Source: Phoronis australis (lineage: Eukaryota; Animalia; Phoronida). Taken from it: a stretch of 64,000 nucleotides of DNA. The DNA lies in NCBI GenBank assembly GCA_002633005.1, contig NMRA01000520.1:223111-287110 (forward strand), given 5' to 3'. A model generated the notes under the pieces. That model saw nothing but the letters and a program-made list of their open reading frames with translations. It did no database searches and was not told where the DNA came from. Each line of letters begins with the position of its first letter. The stretch's first letter is position 1. This document shows, one piece after another, positions 22,650-37,600 of this stretch. A program made the translations under genes and the position numbers.

Positions 22650-25600
22650 GTAAGAATACTTGAACGTTCTATAGGCGCAATATCCTCGAGACTCCCCAAT
22701 ATCATGCAGGATTTATCGACACCCGCCCAGTAAATGCGTAGCACGTCATCGCATTAGTTTAACTTGTGAGGTTTTTCAGGAACACTGCATGCCCAGTCGT
22801 CTGCTCTGCAGACGGAAAAAAATGACTCGAGTGAATAACGAGTGTTTTGCGAGTACACCTGATTATGTACATGTATGATTGAGACCTTACCGCACCCTCG
22901 CAAAATGGTGCGCATTGAAGCAATTGGTAGCTGGCGTAGGAACTTTGAATTATGGGAAAATCTACTGTTACCTTAGTACACGTAAGCTAAATATTTCGCC
23001 AAAAGTGCATCACTATAGTCTTGGGTTGATGGAACGCAGCCCAAAATCAAGGCAATACATTGAATTCTCCCGACACCAAATCTAACAGCAGAAAGATGAC
23101 GGTTTAAGAAATAGTCCAGCTAGATTAATAACTCTTTCAGCGCGTTGTTTACTACGCGTTGATTAAGCAAAAGTGCGCGCTGAATACGGGCATTACAATA
23201 TGCAGAAAGATGCTCGTTTAAGAACCCTTAGACGCTTCATACTCTATACATGTAGAGTACCAAGGTACCTAAACTACACGGTCAACGGACATAAACACGG
23301 GGCACGAACGCATGAACACGACTCACGGACCTGCAAACACCGTCCACTGACTCGCAAACACGGGAACGGACTCACAAAACACGATCCACACACCCAAATA
23401 CATGTACACGGGACACGGACTCATCTTCAAGAGGAAACGCGGTTAACGGACCGCCAAACACGGGTCACCGACTCATCGGCTTCCTGGATCAGCTGACATC
23501 TCCATTTTGTCCGTGACCCGTGTTTGGTGTTCCGTTAACCGTGCTTCCTCGGGGATACGAGTACATGTCCCGTGTATTTAGGTGCGTGGACCGTGTTTTG
23601 TGAGTCCGTTCCCGTGTTTGTGAGTCAGTGGACGGTGTTTGCAGGTCCGTGAGTCGTGTTCCTACGTCCGTGCCCCGTGTTTATGTCCGTTGGCCGTGTA
23701 GTTTAGGTACCTTGAGTACTCAACGTGTAGATTTGCAAAATATCCCCGCAGAAGTGTTTTGTAGGTGAGATTAGAATGACGAGTTAAGAGTGCGTGATCT
23801 TTCTCTCACTTCAAAATGATCAATATTGCTAAATAGTATCCGTACAAGTACATGTACTTAAATCATTTTTGGCCACAGTAAGATTATAAACCGGACGATC
23901 GCCGCACAAATAATAAATTTCATGCTCAATCAACGTTTCGTCGATTAACTGGACATCATCAGGATCATATTTACAAAGGACAGCAAGTGCCAACATGCAG
24001 CTCAGGTAACGTCAATAAAATGAAGTGAGAGATACAGGGAATATAGTCAGTAGCTGATTCTCTGAATAACATGAAGAGCTTAGTGACCCTGCAACTGATG
24101 ACCAGCTACACATTCTAAAAAGTATACATGTTTTGCACAGGTACATGTGTATAATGGGTTCAAGTGGGTCCAATGGTATGGTAGTTTGAAATCTTTTCAT
24201 AATGAAGACCAGTATCTAGATGTGTAGGAAATGGTGCATAAAACTGATGAATTTGGCGAAAACCAGCCGATCAGTAACATACATGTGAGGGGTTGCTGCC
24301 GTCCTATTTGCTCGTGGAGGTGATGATGGTACGGAAAGTTGCTGATGCGGTGGCGGCGGAGGCGGCTGTGCAAACAGTCAGAATCACAAGCATATAAGTG
24401 TTTAGGAGAACCTAAAAATGTGTATAAGATAACATGTTCGAACACCTGCGTACGAAATTTATTTATCTCCAATATAATCATGACTATCTGAAACGCTAAT
24501 CCGGAATCCATTAAACATAGCTGTCACTCACTCCGAATTGAAGATCCGATTTCTCTTGGTCACGTACATTTTTACATGTACTGTGAACTGAACATCACTA
24601 ACAAGAGTTTATTTTGGAGACCCAGAATCTCGCGGCTGCGTATTTTTACTAACCCAAAAACAATTAACGTATAAGGCTCAGTGCGTCTTCAAGCAAAATT
24701 CCATCATTGTTATAATCAGTCGCTGTTCATTGAGTGAAAAGGGTTAGTGATGTTCGAAAATATTCGAGGTTCCTCAAGAATCTTCTGTCCTCGTCAAAGT
24801 CCCAGAACGACACCATATAAGAACACTACTAATTTAAAAAAAAAAACTTTTAAAAACATTTGCTTCAGAACTTTGCGGATTTTTCAGTAGACGAAACATT
24901 GGCGATCACAATGTATCTTACAATCGATTGATGGCTGGTAAACTAACTTAAGCCTGAGTCTATTCGCTAGTCGTTACTTTAGCTTAATTCTTTCTTTATT
25001 TGTCATCAACGGACCGCAACACTTGTTGGTGACGTCATTACCATGATTTTCCTTTCATCACCTTCATCTCCAGCGTCCTGCCGACATTGCAATTATCATT
25101 TTCATTTTAGTTAAGATTAGCAACACCACGTGTTATCAATAATCGGGAAACGTTGTTGCATACATGTACATGTATGTGGGGCTATCCCAGAATATCGACC
25201 ATTTGGGGTTGTTACAAACGGTATTCTTAATTACGTCAAACATCGGTGTTGATTTCGCATACACTTTATCTACATGTACACGCATTTGCTAATCCAAATG
25301 ACATACGCGTGAGTTACATCGTACGGGACGCTCAGATGAGTGACATTTTTATCGCTAAAGTAACGACATCGAATTCTTTTTACCTAAATATGTATTGACA
25401 TTGGTTACAACCAATTGCCCGACATATCCGTGACGGCCATACAGTGTTGCTCAAACGTGGTCAAAAACAACAAGGAACCTGATCTGAAATTAATCAACCT
25501 AAAGATCAAGTGGTGGAGCAGGTGGACACATGGGTTTGTTGTACCTTTAATTCATCTGTTTTATAGAATATGTTCATCGATGCGTCAGAGTACCTTTACC

Positions 25601-28600
25601 GAGCAACGCGACAGAGGGCGTATTTCCGTTCCGTCACTATTCTTATCCCAGACACGTGGAATGACAGCGCCGCTTACAACGCATCAGCTGACGAGAGGTT
25701 TATGAAGTCCGATATCCGAGTATCATCGCCGAATACACAGTTTGGAGACGACCCCTACACTAAGCAGCCTGGCAGATGTGGACAACCTGGACACTATATT
25801 CATCTGACACCAAGGTTCATATTGGACCCACTAGGAAAAAGGTTCTACACCTATGGCAACGCAGGTTCGTTTTGAAATTATGCCTCATAATATCCACAAG
25901 TGCTTGCGGCTATCTTCAGAATTGTGAAACTCATTTTAAATTAAAACAATTAAAAACGTTTTCCTCATTTACGCTTTACTTATGGTCCTTAGCTATACAA
26001 TATAAATTACAGCGTTATTTTTCAACAATTCAGCAGTTTAAGGTAAGTCGGTCTTTTCCTTCGTTTCCAAGGATCAGTTTTTCATCATATTTACGTGTTA
26101 ATTGTAAACCTATAAAACTCGATAATTTTAAAGTCGCTGATGATCACAGAACCTTATAATATGTGGAGAAGCAATTCGCAGCAGATCGTTAATGAAACTG
26201 GATACTTAAAGCTTGAGAACAAATTTGTTAATAATAATAAGTTAAGTTCAAACCTGCGCCCAAGAAGTGATATTTGTCTCAATGTGGTTAAGACTAAGCG
26301 TACATGTAACCGCTCTTACCTTATGCCAGATATAAAACCAGTTTGCTTGATTAGACGTGTCTTAATTTATCGGCTATACTCACTCTAATGCCAACATTTG
26401 ACATTCTTCAAACCAAAAGGTAGACTTCTGGTTCACGAGTTTGCCCACTTACGCTGGGGCGTCTTCGACGAATACGGTTACAAAGGCAATAAACTCTTTC
26501 CAATGTTCTACACGACGAAATCTGGCACAGTGAGACCAAACGGATGTCCAAACAACTTGAAGGTAGGAAGTATCGCGTTTACACTCGTTTAAAGTCAGAC
26601 TGCATGGTTCAGGTTCAATTCTTCATGCATGAATTATTGATGAGGGCACGTGTACGGGGTGTCTGTTGAAGTAGCAAATAGAGTATATAAAGCCGGTAGG
26701 CCTACATGAACTGTCCAGAGGTATATGTGCACTCGAACAGACACAAAAAACTTCATACAATGACCTTTACTTTCAGTTTTGTGGCGTGAAAGCGGTTAGA
26801 GGTTCAGCAACACACTCTTGAAAAAAGTCACAGAAAACTGACATGAAAATTACCCATTGGAATCTCTGACATCTCTTGCATTATTTCTTGTCTTTTTGCA
26901 AGGGGTATGCATGTACATGTATAATGTACTTGTGTTTGTATTGTGAGCTCCAGTTCATACTGGACACATTCTCTACCAGTGGCCAATTACCACGCAACCG
27001 GATGTACATATACCTCCTTGCGCTGTAGTGAAGAAAATTCACGTCGCCATAATCATTTTTTTTTTGAAAAAAAGATACGACGAACGCCTGAGGTTACAAC
27101 GAAGACAGTCTAGTAGTTCACTCAACAGATTTGTTCGTGAGCGGGTAAAGTGGCTTCACGACGAATGAATTATGTGCAGAATCGAGATAAGTCAGTGCGT
27201 GAGCAAACATATAAGGACTTGAGGTACGAAACGTGGGAGGGAGATACTGTACATTGTATACGTCTGCTGGATTAGCATGCGGCAGAGAAGAGATTATGCG
27301 CGTGCAGGCCCAGGCCGCGCGCGTGCATGCATGGGTAGGCCTTGGTGCCTTGGAATACAACACGTGTAGGCCTAATACTGTCAATGCATATCGAGATTTG
27401 TTTAGGGTATGTCGAGATAATCAAAAATTTCACATTCGTCTACCACAATGATACGTTGTCACTTACAGTGCAATAGTCCGGTTCTGAGATAGCTCAGCAC
27501 CACTCTCATTGTAAGATATTTACCGTCAGCGCAACACGGGGTCAAAGATTTGCCCTGTACATGTATTTTCACAAGCAGATGTGTCGGCCATCTATCTCAT
27601 CTCTTAATGATTGTGTAACTGTTATTAATTGTATAGTTCATCATCGTAAACCATGCAACTTTGCTTTTGAGTGACAATGCAAGCACCAAAGAATTGGCAA
27701 AAAGCAAATATTACTCATCCTTTTTCAGTCAACCAAATCAACTATGTGCTTGACAGTTTGGAAGTCAGTCAATCGTGGAGTTATTTTTTACTTCCGGGGA
27801 AAAGAAGTTTTATGTGGACGTGTTTATTCGAATCTATAAAAGTCGTTTATACAAACTATATTTTCGCGGACTTCACTGCAGGGTGTGTTGCTCAACAGAA
27901 AAACGCGTCAACTGTGTGAGATCGACAAAAGAACATCACTTCCTACAGACAGCTGCCGTTTCTTTGCCAACTCCATCACGAATCAGGTCACAGCGTCTGT
28001 CATGAACATGCAACATCTAGAACAGGTACTTCCGTCATTCAAGTTATAGACTTCTTTACGCATGCCGAAATTTGCTGCATGCGCATCCCAGCGCATTGGT
28101 TCAGGTTATAGTCTCCTGTCCGATTCCAAACTCGTAACCACTTCGGGGATTCACAAATCATTTTTAGAGATTTCAAAAATGTATCCAGTCTTTGAAACAT
28201 CAACATCCAGTAAGATAGTCAAAATTAAGACACAACTTATATCAAAAACTTTAATCAAACTTAGGCTCTCTTTCTTGAAAAGGTCTTGAGACAATTTGAA
28301 GTTTTATCTTGAAACTTACTTAATATTAAGATGTGCCTTACAAAAGTTAGTTTTGATGAAGCGGGCCTCTGATCTCTACTCAAAGTCTGAAGTCGAACTC
28401 GAGACTTTTTACATGCAAGTATTTATGCACCGCCGACGAAACACCTTCCTTGCGTTCCTTCGGTGTTGGTGCAATCCTTTCTGTAGGGGATGTTGAGTTT
28501 CCCCGATATATTTATCGGTACAGTTGTCACTTCCACAATGGATGTTTCCTGTAATAGGTTTGTCCTTGGGAAATTAAGAGCAAACGCACGAACCTTTAGA

Positions 28601-31600
28601 ATTTGATGCTCAGTGACGCTGTGCCAATTCTGGCATGGCGCATTTTTTAGATTTCTCTCAAAGTTTTATACGTCGACTCGTTGGTGTTAATTTTGTTTTC
28701 GGTTTCAACCAAAAACGAACTAGCAGTAATGCAATAAATGAGGTATTTTGTGTAGTTCTTGAGGAAATCAAAGGTCTAATCGTTCTTAAGTCAGAACGAA
28801 AGCCGAAACCAGCAAAAATTGGGTACTTCAACAGCTTGAAAGTCCTCTGTTTCCGGGCCTATGTTCACCAAACTTTCCTCGGCCTCTTCAAGTGCTCAAA
28901 AAATTTCACTCCGCCTACATGTGGAGCTCACTGGAGTAATATTCGAGAACCAGCGATCACCAAATTTTACTCAAGTTCCTTCAAACCGTACATGTACTCG
29001 GAGTCGATAACTATTCTCGAACTGGAATGGAAGTTATTAGCGCAAAAATAGGAATTGAAATGTAAGAACATCTTTAAACCTAGCACGCTCTGTAGTCCAT
29101 TAAAAGAAATTTAGTTTCCTGTAAGAGGTGTGCAAAGGATCACCTTGCTTTGCAGATTTTTTCGAATACTTGTACGAATCCATGGTTTCCTCCACCATCA
29201 TGAATTCAGAGTAAACAAAACAATTCACGTACAATCCCTATTGAAGTCTCGAAGAAACCGATATTTTTCGAAAGGTGATGACTAAATTACCAATATGTAT
29301 CAATTTACAACATGTGTAGCTACATGTATATCACAAACTTGTTTTTCTTCCTGAGTACAACATATTCTGAATTTTACAACTCACTTAAAACACCGATGAT
29401 GTAGACCTTCCAGTATCCACTAGTTTACGAGGTCGGCGTTCACCAGAGGGGCAGTGTTTATACAGTTTGCTAGCTCTTGATACTCATTGGAATGAATACA
29501 ATTAAAGCCTCAATACTATTGAAAGCGCAAACTATTGCTTTCATAGCTTAGTCCCCAAGCCTCGGTTGCTTTCATAGCTTAGTCCCCAAGCCTCGGTTTG
29601 ATATCAGGGCCATCTTGAGGCTGTTGCTTTCAAAGGTCACTCCGGCGTACATGAACACTGTAAGCTTACAAGCGAAGATTGGAGGAACGAATAAGCCAAA
29701 GGCCGCAGTGTAGTTCATTATATTCACGTACTGGTGGCGACGTTTTCGCCATTTACTTGCTATTATAAGATGCATCTGAACTGTATTCTCTGCTTCCGCT
29801 AGAGAGTAATGTAGAAATCGTTTGTTTTCTCCACCTAGTACATTTCCTTGTACTCCTGCACGCTAGTGTGCAGACCAACTCATTCATATGCGAAACCGTA
29901 GCCTCTTGTAGGAAAAGGTGTCAGGGTGCAGTTTTTTTAAACATTAAATGTACCCGCCATGTAAAATGTGGGGGTAACCTGTGAATCTAAAGCTTCAAAC
30001 AAGTTGTACATTTTGCTAGGCGGCAAATTGGGAATATTCGAGAAATTTTGCCAACACTTTATAGACAAAGACTATTAGTGATCACACATCCCTATGTAGT
30101 AGTGGAAAATGATGATTACTTAAGCTTTTGAGTACTTTTGGTTGAGAAAGGTTTTGATTGTCGCACTCTCTCAGCCCATGCCAAATGACGTCGTATGGAA
30201 GTCGCAAAGCAGTGTTTAATTTGCAGAATCCATGTGCGTCGCATAGTTTTCGCCTATGGGACACTTCCATTGTTTTCCTTTGTTGCGTCTTTGTTGGGCA
30301 TAGCAATACACCTCGCATGGATATCGTACCTTGGGTGCACATCAGCCGGTTACCGATCAATGCCATTATCATTACTATAAGAAAGAAAAACAAAGAGAAC
30401 AATGGATACCCCTATCTACCGATCTCTATGCGACGAACTTGCGACCTGGTTTCCCGTTGGGGAGTAAAATGATACTGTTGAAATGAATACGATTAACGTT
30501 TAGTACAAGCGTTGCTCTATGATTACAAATCAGATGTTATTCACGCCTAACTGTATTTTGTGTGAGTGTGTGGGAAAGGGTGTACCTCCAAATGCTTGAG
30601 CTTGTACGTGTCCGTGTGCGTGCTTTGTTTCTAATAGTAATCTTGCTTCACTAACTAGCAACTGACCCACAACAAAAAGGCAAAGAGAAAGTAACACTGG
30701 AGAACATGTTTATATTTTCATAAACCTAGGTTGCTCGATTCTGTGAAAGCGATGGTTCCGATGTCTCACTCCGACATAACGCTGAAGCCCCAAATAAGCA
30801 CAACAAAATGTGCAGTAATAGAGGGACCTGGGATGTTATTCTGGAACACCAAGATTTTACCAACGGTTCAAACCCTAGTAATCCAGGCTTGGAAAATACG
30901 AAACCTGACTTCAAGCTTGTATATCCAAGAAGTCGCGACAAAATTGTCCTCGTGCTGGATATATCAGGATCTATGTCGATGCTGAGGGTAAGTGTTCAAT
31001 AAAGAGATAGTTGGAAATACGAGTATGTGGTAGAATAGTTCTGCGATCCTGTCTAGATGTCCGATTGCCCGTTTGACCAACCTGGATGTCTGCTCTATAT
31101 ATTTAAAAGCGCTGGTCAGATCTTCGTGAAATTTAGTATCATGATACCTAAGTACAGTGCAGAGGGTGTATCATGTTTCATTAAAAAACACTTTTTCTCC
31201 CAAAAGGACGGAAAAGCCCGTTGTCGACAGACATGGGCCGCTAGGCGATGCTGCAGTGGTCACATACAGTAGGCAGGAAATTCGATTCGTGGCCGCGAAT
31301 TGCCGTCATACTTGTACAGCTGTGCTTTAAGGTTTATTGAAATCAGACAATTGGATCTCTCCCCCCAAAAAGTGTTGAAAAAAAGATTTTTCTAGATGGG
31401 CTGAATCCGAATGGAAGTTGTGACATGGATGTGCATGCTGTCTAGGGGTATAATCCACTTTCAATTTCCCCTGCTCCAAGTGCCAGGGGGTGTTTTGATG
31501 GACGACATTTTCTAGTATAACTTACAAAGAGAAAAGTGATAAAAAATTGCCGCCATAATTCTACTTGTGGGCGAAGTTGAAATATCCATAACCTCTTAGA

Positions 31601-34600
31601 TGAAATGTTGGTCTTGACCAGGTTTTTATCCAGTTTTTGGACGGAAGGATATTCGAAGGATACCTAGATAAGGGTGGACCGATTTCAATAGACCTATGGC
31701 TAATAAAAAAGTTGCAGACCTCTTGATCAGATACTGTGCGTCTGGATGAACCATAAACGTTTATCGGATATGTATACATGTACATTAACAAGTAGATAGT
31801 GAACGCAATTCTTCTGCATAACGTTTTATATTTTCTTTATAATGGTACCTTGTTTGATTTAACAATTCACCTCTCGCCAGGATTTTCAGTGACGGCTTAA
31901 CTGACCAATCAGAAACGCAGCATTCTTGACACACCTTCCTTTCGAAGCCGCCATTTTACCCGACAAGCAACACGTTGCCGGGTAAAACTTGTTGTTTGTT
32001 TGTCGACATTTAGCAAGGGGGTGGAGCTTGCGATAGGTCAATTAAACGTCGACTACTCAAGACGCTGAAAAAGGCGAAACGCCGCCCATGGGATGTATGA
32101 CTTAACCATTGGCTGTAAACAGTACTTGCACAGAAATCGGGTCCTCAGTAGCTCAGTGGTGAGCGCACTAGACCGGCAATCTAGAGACCTGTGGTTCGAT
32201 TCCCAGTTGGGGATTCTGACGTTTCTGTGTTTATTTGATAAAATTAGGCCAGCAGTGGACACTGAACGCAATTAAATGCAGTCCAATTGTATGCGTGTGT
32301 GTGATGGAATGGCCTAAGAGGAACAGCTGACCTTTTTACAGAACATAGGGCTAAATGCGAAGCACTCACTACTGCCCCCTACAGTGTATGGTTTAAATAT
32401 CGGCTTAAAAACGAAGGTTGCTCGACATAGCACTCCTTCCCCATGACCCATTTTAATTAAGCGTTCTTATATGGCACATGTTACCGTTTCAGTGAACTTT
32501 TATCAAAACACATAGTAAAGAATCTTATTATCCTTGCAAAATGCTTCTATCAAATTAGCTTCAATTCTATGGGGTTTTGCATTAGTATGGCTTTGGCGTG
32601 GCCGCCTGTCCGTGTTTGTGGGTACTATCCAATCAACAAAGATCCCCGATCACTTACGGTTATTTAGCCGAGAATGATTTAGCAAGTCAGTCGAAAGAAA
32701 ACACAAAAACACCTTTAATTATTTTACTTGACAGAAGGGGTGTGGTAAGTGCAAAATATTTAGGTTGGAGTATACACTGGTCAAATCTCCAGGTTCCTAA
32801 CTAAAATGAGTAAAGAGAGCGTTTTAACTAGTTAAATATGACTCTGAGAGCGACAAAAATCGAAGAAAATAGTTTTTGTGGTTCGTTTTTTTAAAAAAAT
32901 CGTATTTTTTAATTTTCAAAAATCCAATTTTACCTCGAATTTTTTTTTCAAAATGAACAAGGATTATCATCAACTGTTTTCTTACGCAATATTCTACTTA
33001 TCCATAGCAAATACATGTACAAAATCATTATGATCTTGATTTTGCGGCATTTTTTGCCTGTGAGTTGGGCAAGCACGCCACCTTTTGTCATTTGGTCACT
33101 TTTCGTCTAATAACTAAAAATCTGGTCCATGTATCAAAAAACCCTGGCACACGATTTTACTTAAATCCTAGAGGATTTCAAATCTGCAAATTTTGTAAAA
33201 ATTGACCCACGTGTTGCGGAAAAATAGGCCCGAGAATCTTGTCACTATCCTGAAAACACGAGCCGAGAAAAACGGCTTTGAAGTTGAGCGGTCATCGATT
33301 GTCACTTGAGAAATAAAGCTGATATTTACTTCATGTTTAGAAAATGTGACATACCTGTTTGTTTACAGCGTAAGTTTAATCATTTTTTCGAACTTGTGAA
33401 GCTTGACAGACGACCAAAACAAATATGGCTGTCACGTGGGCGGAGTTTAGCGTTGATCTATTGTCTGCTGGTGGGCCGACCACACATTAAAACCATGTGT
33501 TGATTGTTTATACGATTCATCTGAACTCTCCACGCAATGTAGTAAAAGACTCTTTAATTATATTACACAGACCTATTTGTTAGCATTCCAATATTATCAT
33601 CAACCAATATATTAACCTGGTTCCCGGGCCTCACAAGCTGACGTCACGGATTGCTTGTGAAGGCCCAGGTACAGCGCACTAGAACGATGGTTTTCATTGG
33701 CTGTCAGCTGGCAATTTTTAACCAGGAAGTTTGCTCTGCGCATGCTGACATCCGGTATTACGTTATCAGGTCGCTAGGTGTCCCTAGAGTAAANTTTAAT
33801 AGTCTAGTTTCTCCACGGCGCGTTCCCAGCACAGAAGCACGGTTTATCTGCAAAGACTCTACTCTGACGGCATGTAGTTGTCAATGAGTTGCGCGCGCGG
33901 CGTGTCTTCACAGCACTTGCATGCACTCTCACCGAATCGTGCAACACCACCCACGTCGACGCTCAGCGTCCTCTTGCAAGACACCTCACCTTACCGACTT
34001 CTCTAGCTTGTACACGCACAATTTCTACACCGACTCCTCAAGCTGAGTGCAGTGATGGCTTCGGTAGGACTTGGCGTACTCAACTTAATTTTTTGCAGAT
34101 AGACAATTATGCTCAGGCTCGGAACAGGAGCTAGTTCACCGACTTTCACATGGTCAAAAATAGAATTATTTTATTCTTGGTCTTGCTACAACAACATCAG
34201 CTGGTACAGCACTCTCGAATGCCCGGTTACACAATGTTTGTTGACAGGGTTAGATTAGAGCTAGTGTCCTTGTAGAAGCTCCGCCCCAGTTATCAGTCAC
34301 TGAGCTGGTGAGCACTCAAGCCATATGACTTACTGAGGCTTGGTCAAATATAGCTAAAACAACAACTTTGGATTTTCAGAATGATTTTATTATATACTGT
34401 GCATCAACAATTAAAGATCAGGATGACATAAAAAAGTAAAAAACAGTTAAAATTTTTTTTTGTGTGTATCCACCTGCCGTAAGTCATCGAGGTTTCTTTT
34501 TCCAACTAGGTTTATTGCAGACTTTGGAGCTGTGACACTTGGTCTTTTCCAAAAATACTGCATCGGTATGACATTCAGCGTATTGATGGTGCATGTATTC

Positions 34601-37600
34601 AGGAAAATTTACTTAACACACTTCAGGTTTCTTATTTGGACATACGTTTGACAGATCTCACTTAGACTTTGCAAAGCTTGACGCAATTCATGTTTTTTTA
34701 GCTGAGATGAATTGGACATTTAAATTCACGTTTGAGCATCGAAACCATGTCAATATCTAAGTTACGTTGTCCTGCTTTTAAAGCTGAGCCCTATTGTATA
34801 TTGTCGGACGATTGACTGTGGGTTTGTTTAAAAGGTAGCTATGCTTTGAGATTGTGCGTACACTATAGATGGAGAGTGAATAATCAAATCCTGTAATTAA
34901 TTTATTATATGATAACCCCTAATTAGACAAATGAAACCTATTGTTAATTAAGTAATCAACTACAAAGAGTAACTACGCTAGCGCCCTCTTTAAAGATTAC
35001 ATTAATCAAACAACCAAAACGATCAAATGTCTTATCTGCTATCCAAGCTAGGACTCTCCACTTGTTGGATGTCTGTCCTGTTGGTGGATCTTCGAACTAC
35101 ACACACTGTATAGCGACAGTGTACTTGTTGGTCACCGTCTCTGGTGATGCAACACTTGCAGGCAATTTCTTCTACCTGCGAATCTTCTTGCTGGTCAAAG
35201 TCTCTGGCTGATGACTCAACACTTCAGGTAGTACCCTACTACCCACAATGCAAGTGGCAAGCTCTTAGTTAACTTCCTGTTCGTTAACACCCTTGCCCTT
35301 GCCAAGACAGAGACCGTAGAGAGGAAGACGTTTCACCTAGCGAAATCCTATTGGACGGCCACTGGCGGCCATTGTTGTTCCATGGACCGTAGAGACGTCT
35401 AGCGGGTGTGTGTGGGAAAAAAGGAATATGGCTGATACTCGTGGTCAGTGGTTACAGAGACAAGATATTTTATCTGATCGTGTAGTTCATATAGATTTCC
35501 CATAGTTAATACCTCTGAGGGTAGTGCTTTGTCAAGTAACTTCAAAACAAGATATGCCGGCTGCAGTCCCTAAAAAGAGGACCAGAGGAGCTTTTTGCGC
35601 TGCAGAAAAACCGCGACTTGCACTCCCCACTGATAAAGACAGGTGAGATATACGAGTGATACAAAGAATTCTTTTTGTGAAAATGCTACCTGTCAACCAT
35701 TGATGTTGGCAGAGTGATTTGAACTTGTCTTACCTTTAAGTTTCAAGGTTTTATATGATTACTCAAAGCAAAATTGTGGTAATCCGTTACATATGGCCGG
35801 GATGATGGGTACTAAGTACTTGATTTTAGAGCCAGTTACTCCCAATGAATTACGCCCGTTATTCAGTGGTAGTAACTGGTTCTCAAATGAATTTTGAGTG
35901 AGGGTCCCACCTATCAAACTATAACCGAAATTGTCCAGCATGTGTTTCATGACTTAGGGCCTACTGATAACTTGTGTTTCTATTCTATGATTGGATCTAA
36001 ACTGTAATTTCTTTCACTTCTTCAATTCACTTCAGTGTTTATGCATTCAGGTCCAAGAGTTAGGTGATAAACAGCAAGTGTGAGGACCTGCTAAGGAGAA
36101 ATGCTGTGATGCTAACTTGTTCCAGTACAGGGCTGTAGCTAGAGGTAAGTAGGCGCCTAAAGCCCACCGTATCACATTGAGCACTGAACGTAACTTACGG
36201 TGCGTAGGTGCAAACTTTCAAATGCCAAAAGGTGGTTGGCTGTGCCTAAGCCCCACTACAGCACTGGTCCAGTAGACTAGTATAGGTTTAGGTAGGTCTT
36301 TACTGTGATGGGCATTCATTGTACTTTGAAGGACCTATAGTCCGAAGGGTCATCACTTGAAAAATATATCAATCAGGTGTTATTCCAAAGCAACATCACT
36401 CCGAAGGGTTATTACTTAGCTGCAATAATGGGAAATAGTGAGTGACGCTGTATAGAGAATATTGCTGATGCCACATATTTTTCCTTCATGCTGTATTTGT
36501 TATAATATAAATGATATTTTTCCAGCCAATAGATCACAGCTACGCCACGAGTGAGCCCAGTGAAACACCCCCATCTGCTGAGCACCATGCAGTGCTGCTT
36601 TAGTAAAGCTCTTGGGTTGAGGTAATAGGACATAACTGATAATGACCATAATTTCATCCTCCATGACTGATGGTTTTGTTATACCTATTGTATTGCTACC
36701 TGAAGCTCACCTCTCTACTTACTATAGTTATAAAAAGCGGACTGCTGAAAATCAGAGGATGAGTCTTGAGCCAGGCTGTTTGTTAAAAATCTGGTTGTAG
36801 ACAAGTAGACAGTTGTAGGTAGTTAACATGTGTAGATGTATTTTTGTATTCATTCATTTCAGAAAGTTGTTGACTTGCATGAGAAAGTAAGTCAAGTAGG
36901 GATGCCGAAAAGTCTTCACCCAGCGGTCCCTATTGTGCCCGTGACTGTAGAGGGAATTGTCAGTGGTGCTGTCGGATTAGGCATGGCGCCATTAACTTCA
37001 GCATCTTTGGTGCTACTATCAGANNNNNNNNNNNNNNNNNNNNNNNNNNNNNNNNNNNNNNNNNNNNNNNNNNNNNNNNNNNNNNNNNNNNNNNNNNNNN
37101 NNNNNNNNNNNNNNNNNNNNNNNNNNNNNNNNNNNNNNNNNNNNNNNNNNNNNNNNNNNNNNNNNNNNNNNNNNNNNNNNNNNNNNNNNNNNNNNNNNNN
37201 NNNNNNNNNNNNNNNNNNNNNNNNNNNNNNNNNNNNNNNNNNNNNNNNNNNNNNNNNNNNNNNNNNNNNNNNNNNNNNNNNNNNNNNNNNNNNNNNNNNN
37301 NNNNNNNNNNNNNNNNNNNNNNNNNNNNNNNNNNNNNNNNNNNNNNNNNNNNNNNNNNNNNNNNNNNNNNNNNNNNNNNNNNNNNNNNNNNNNNNNNNNN
37401 NNNNNNNNNNNNNNNNNNNNNNNNNNNNNNNNNNNNNNNNNNNNNNNNNNNNNNNNNNNNNNNNNNNNNNNNNNNNNNNNNNNNNNNNNNNNNNNNNNNN
37501 NNNNNNNNNNNNNNNNNNNNNNNNNNNNNNNNNNNNNNNNNNNNNNNNNNNNNNNNNNNNNNNNNNNNNNNNNNNNNNNNNNNNNNNNNNNNNNNNNNNN

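Noticed and set aside
23173-23496. His/Thr/Arg-rich 107-aa ORF
   Set aside because: Translation of MITE subrepeats.
23261-23714. CRISPR-like repeated CACGG units
   Set aside because: No constant repeat-spacer periodicity, palindromic with TSD, eukaryotic context, no cas genes.
31800-32273. 11-bp direct repeat TGAACGCAATT as a TSD
   Set aside because: The second copy appears to lie inside the SINE body, so it does not delimit a coherent element.
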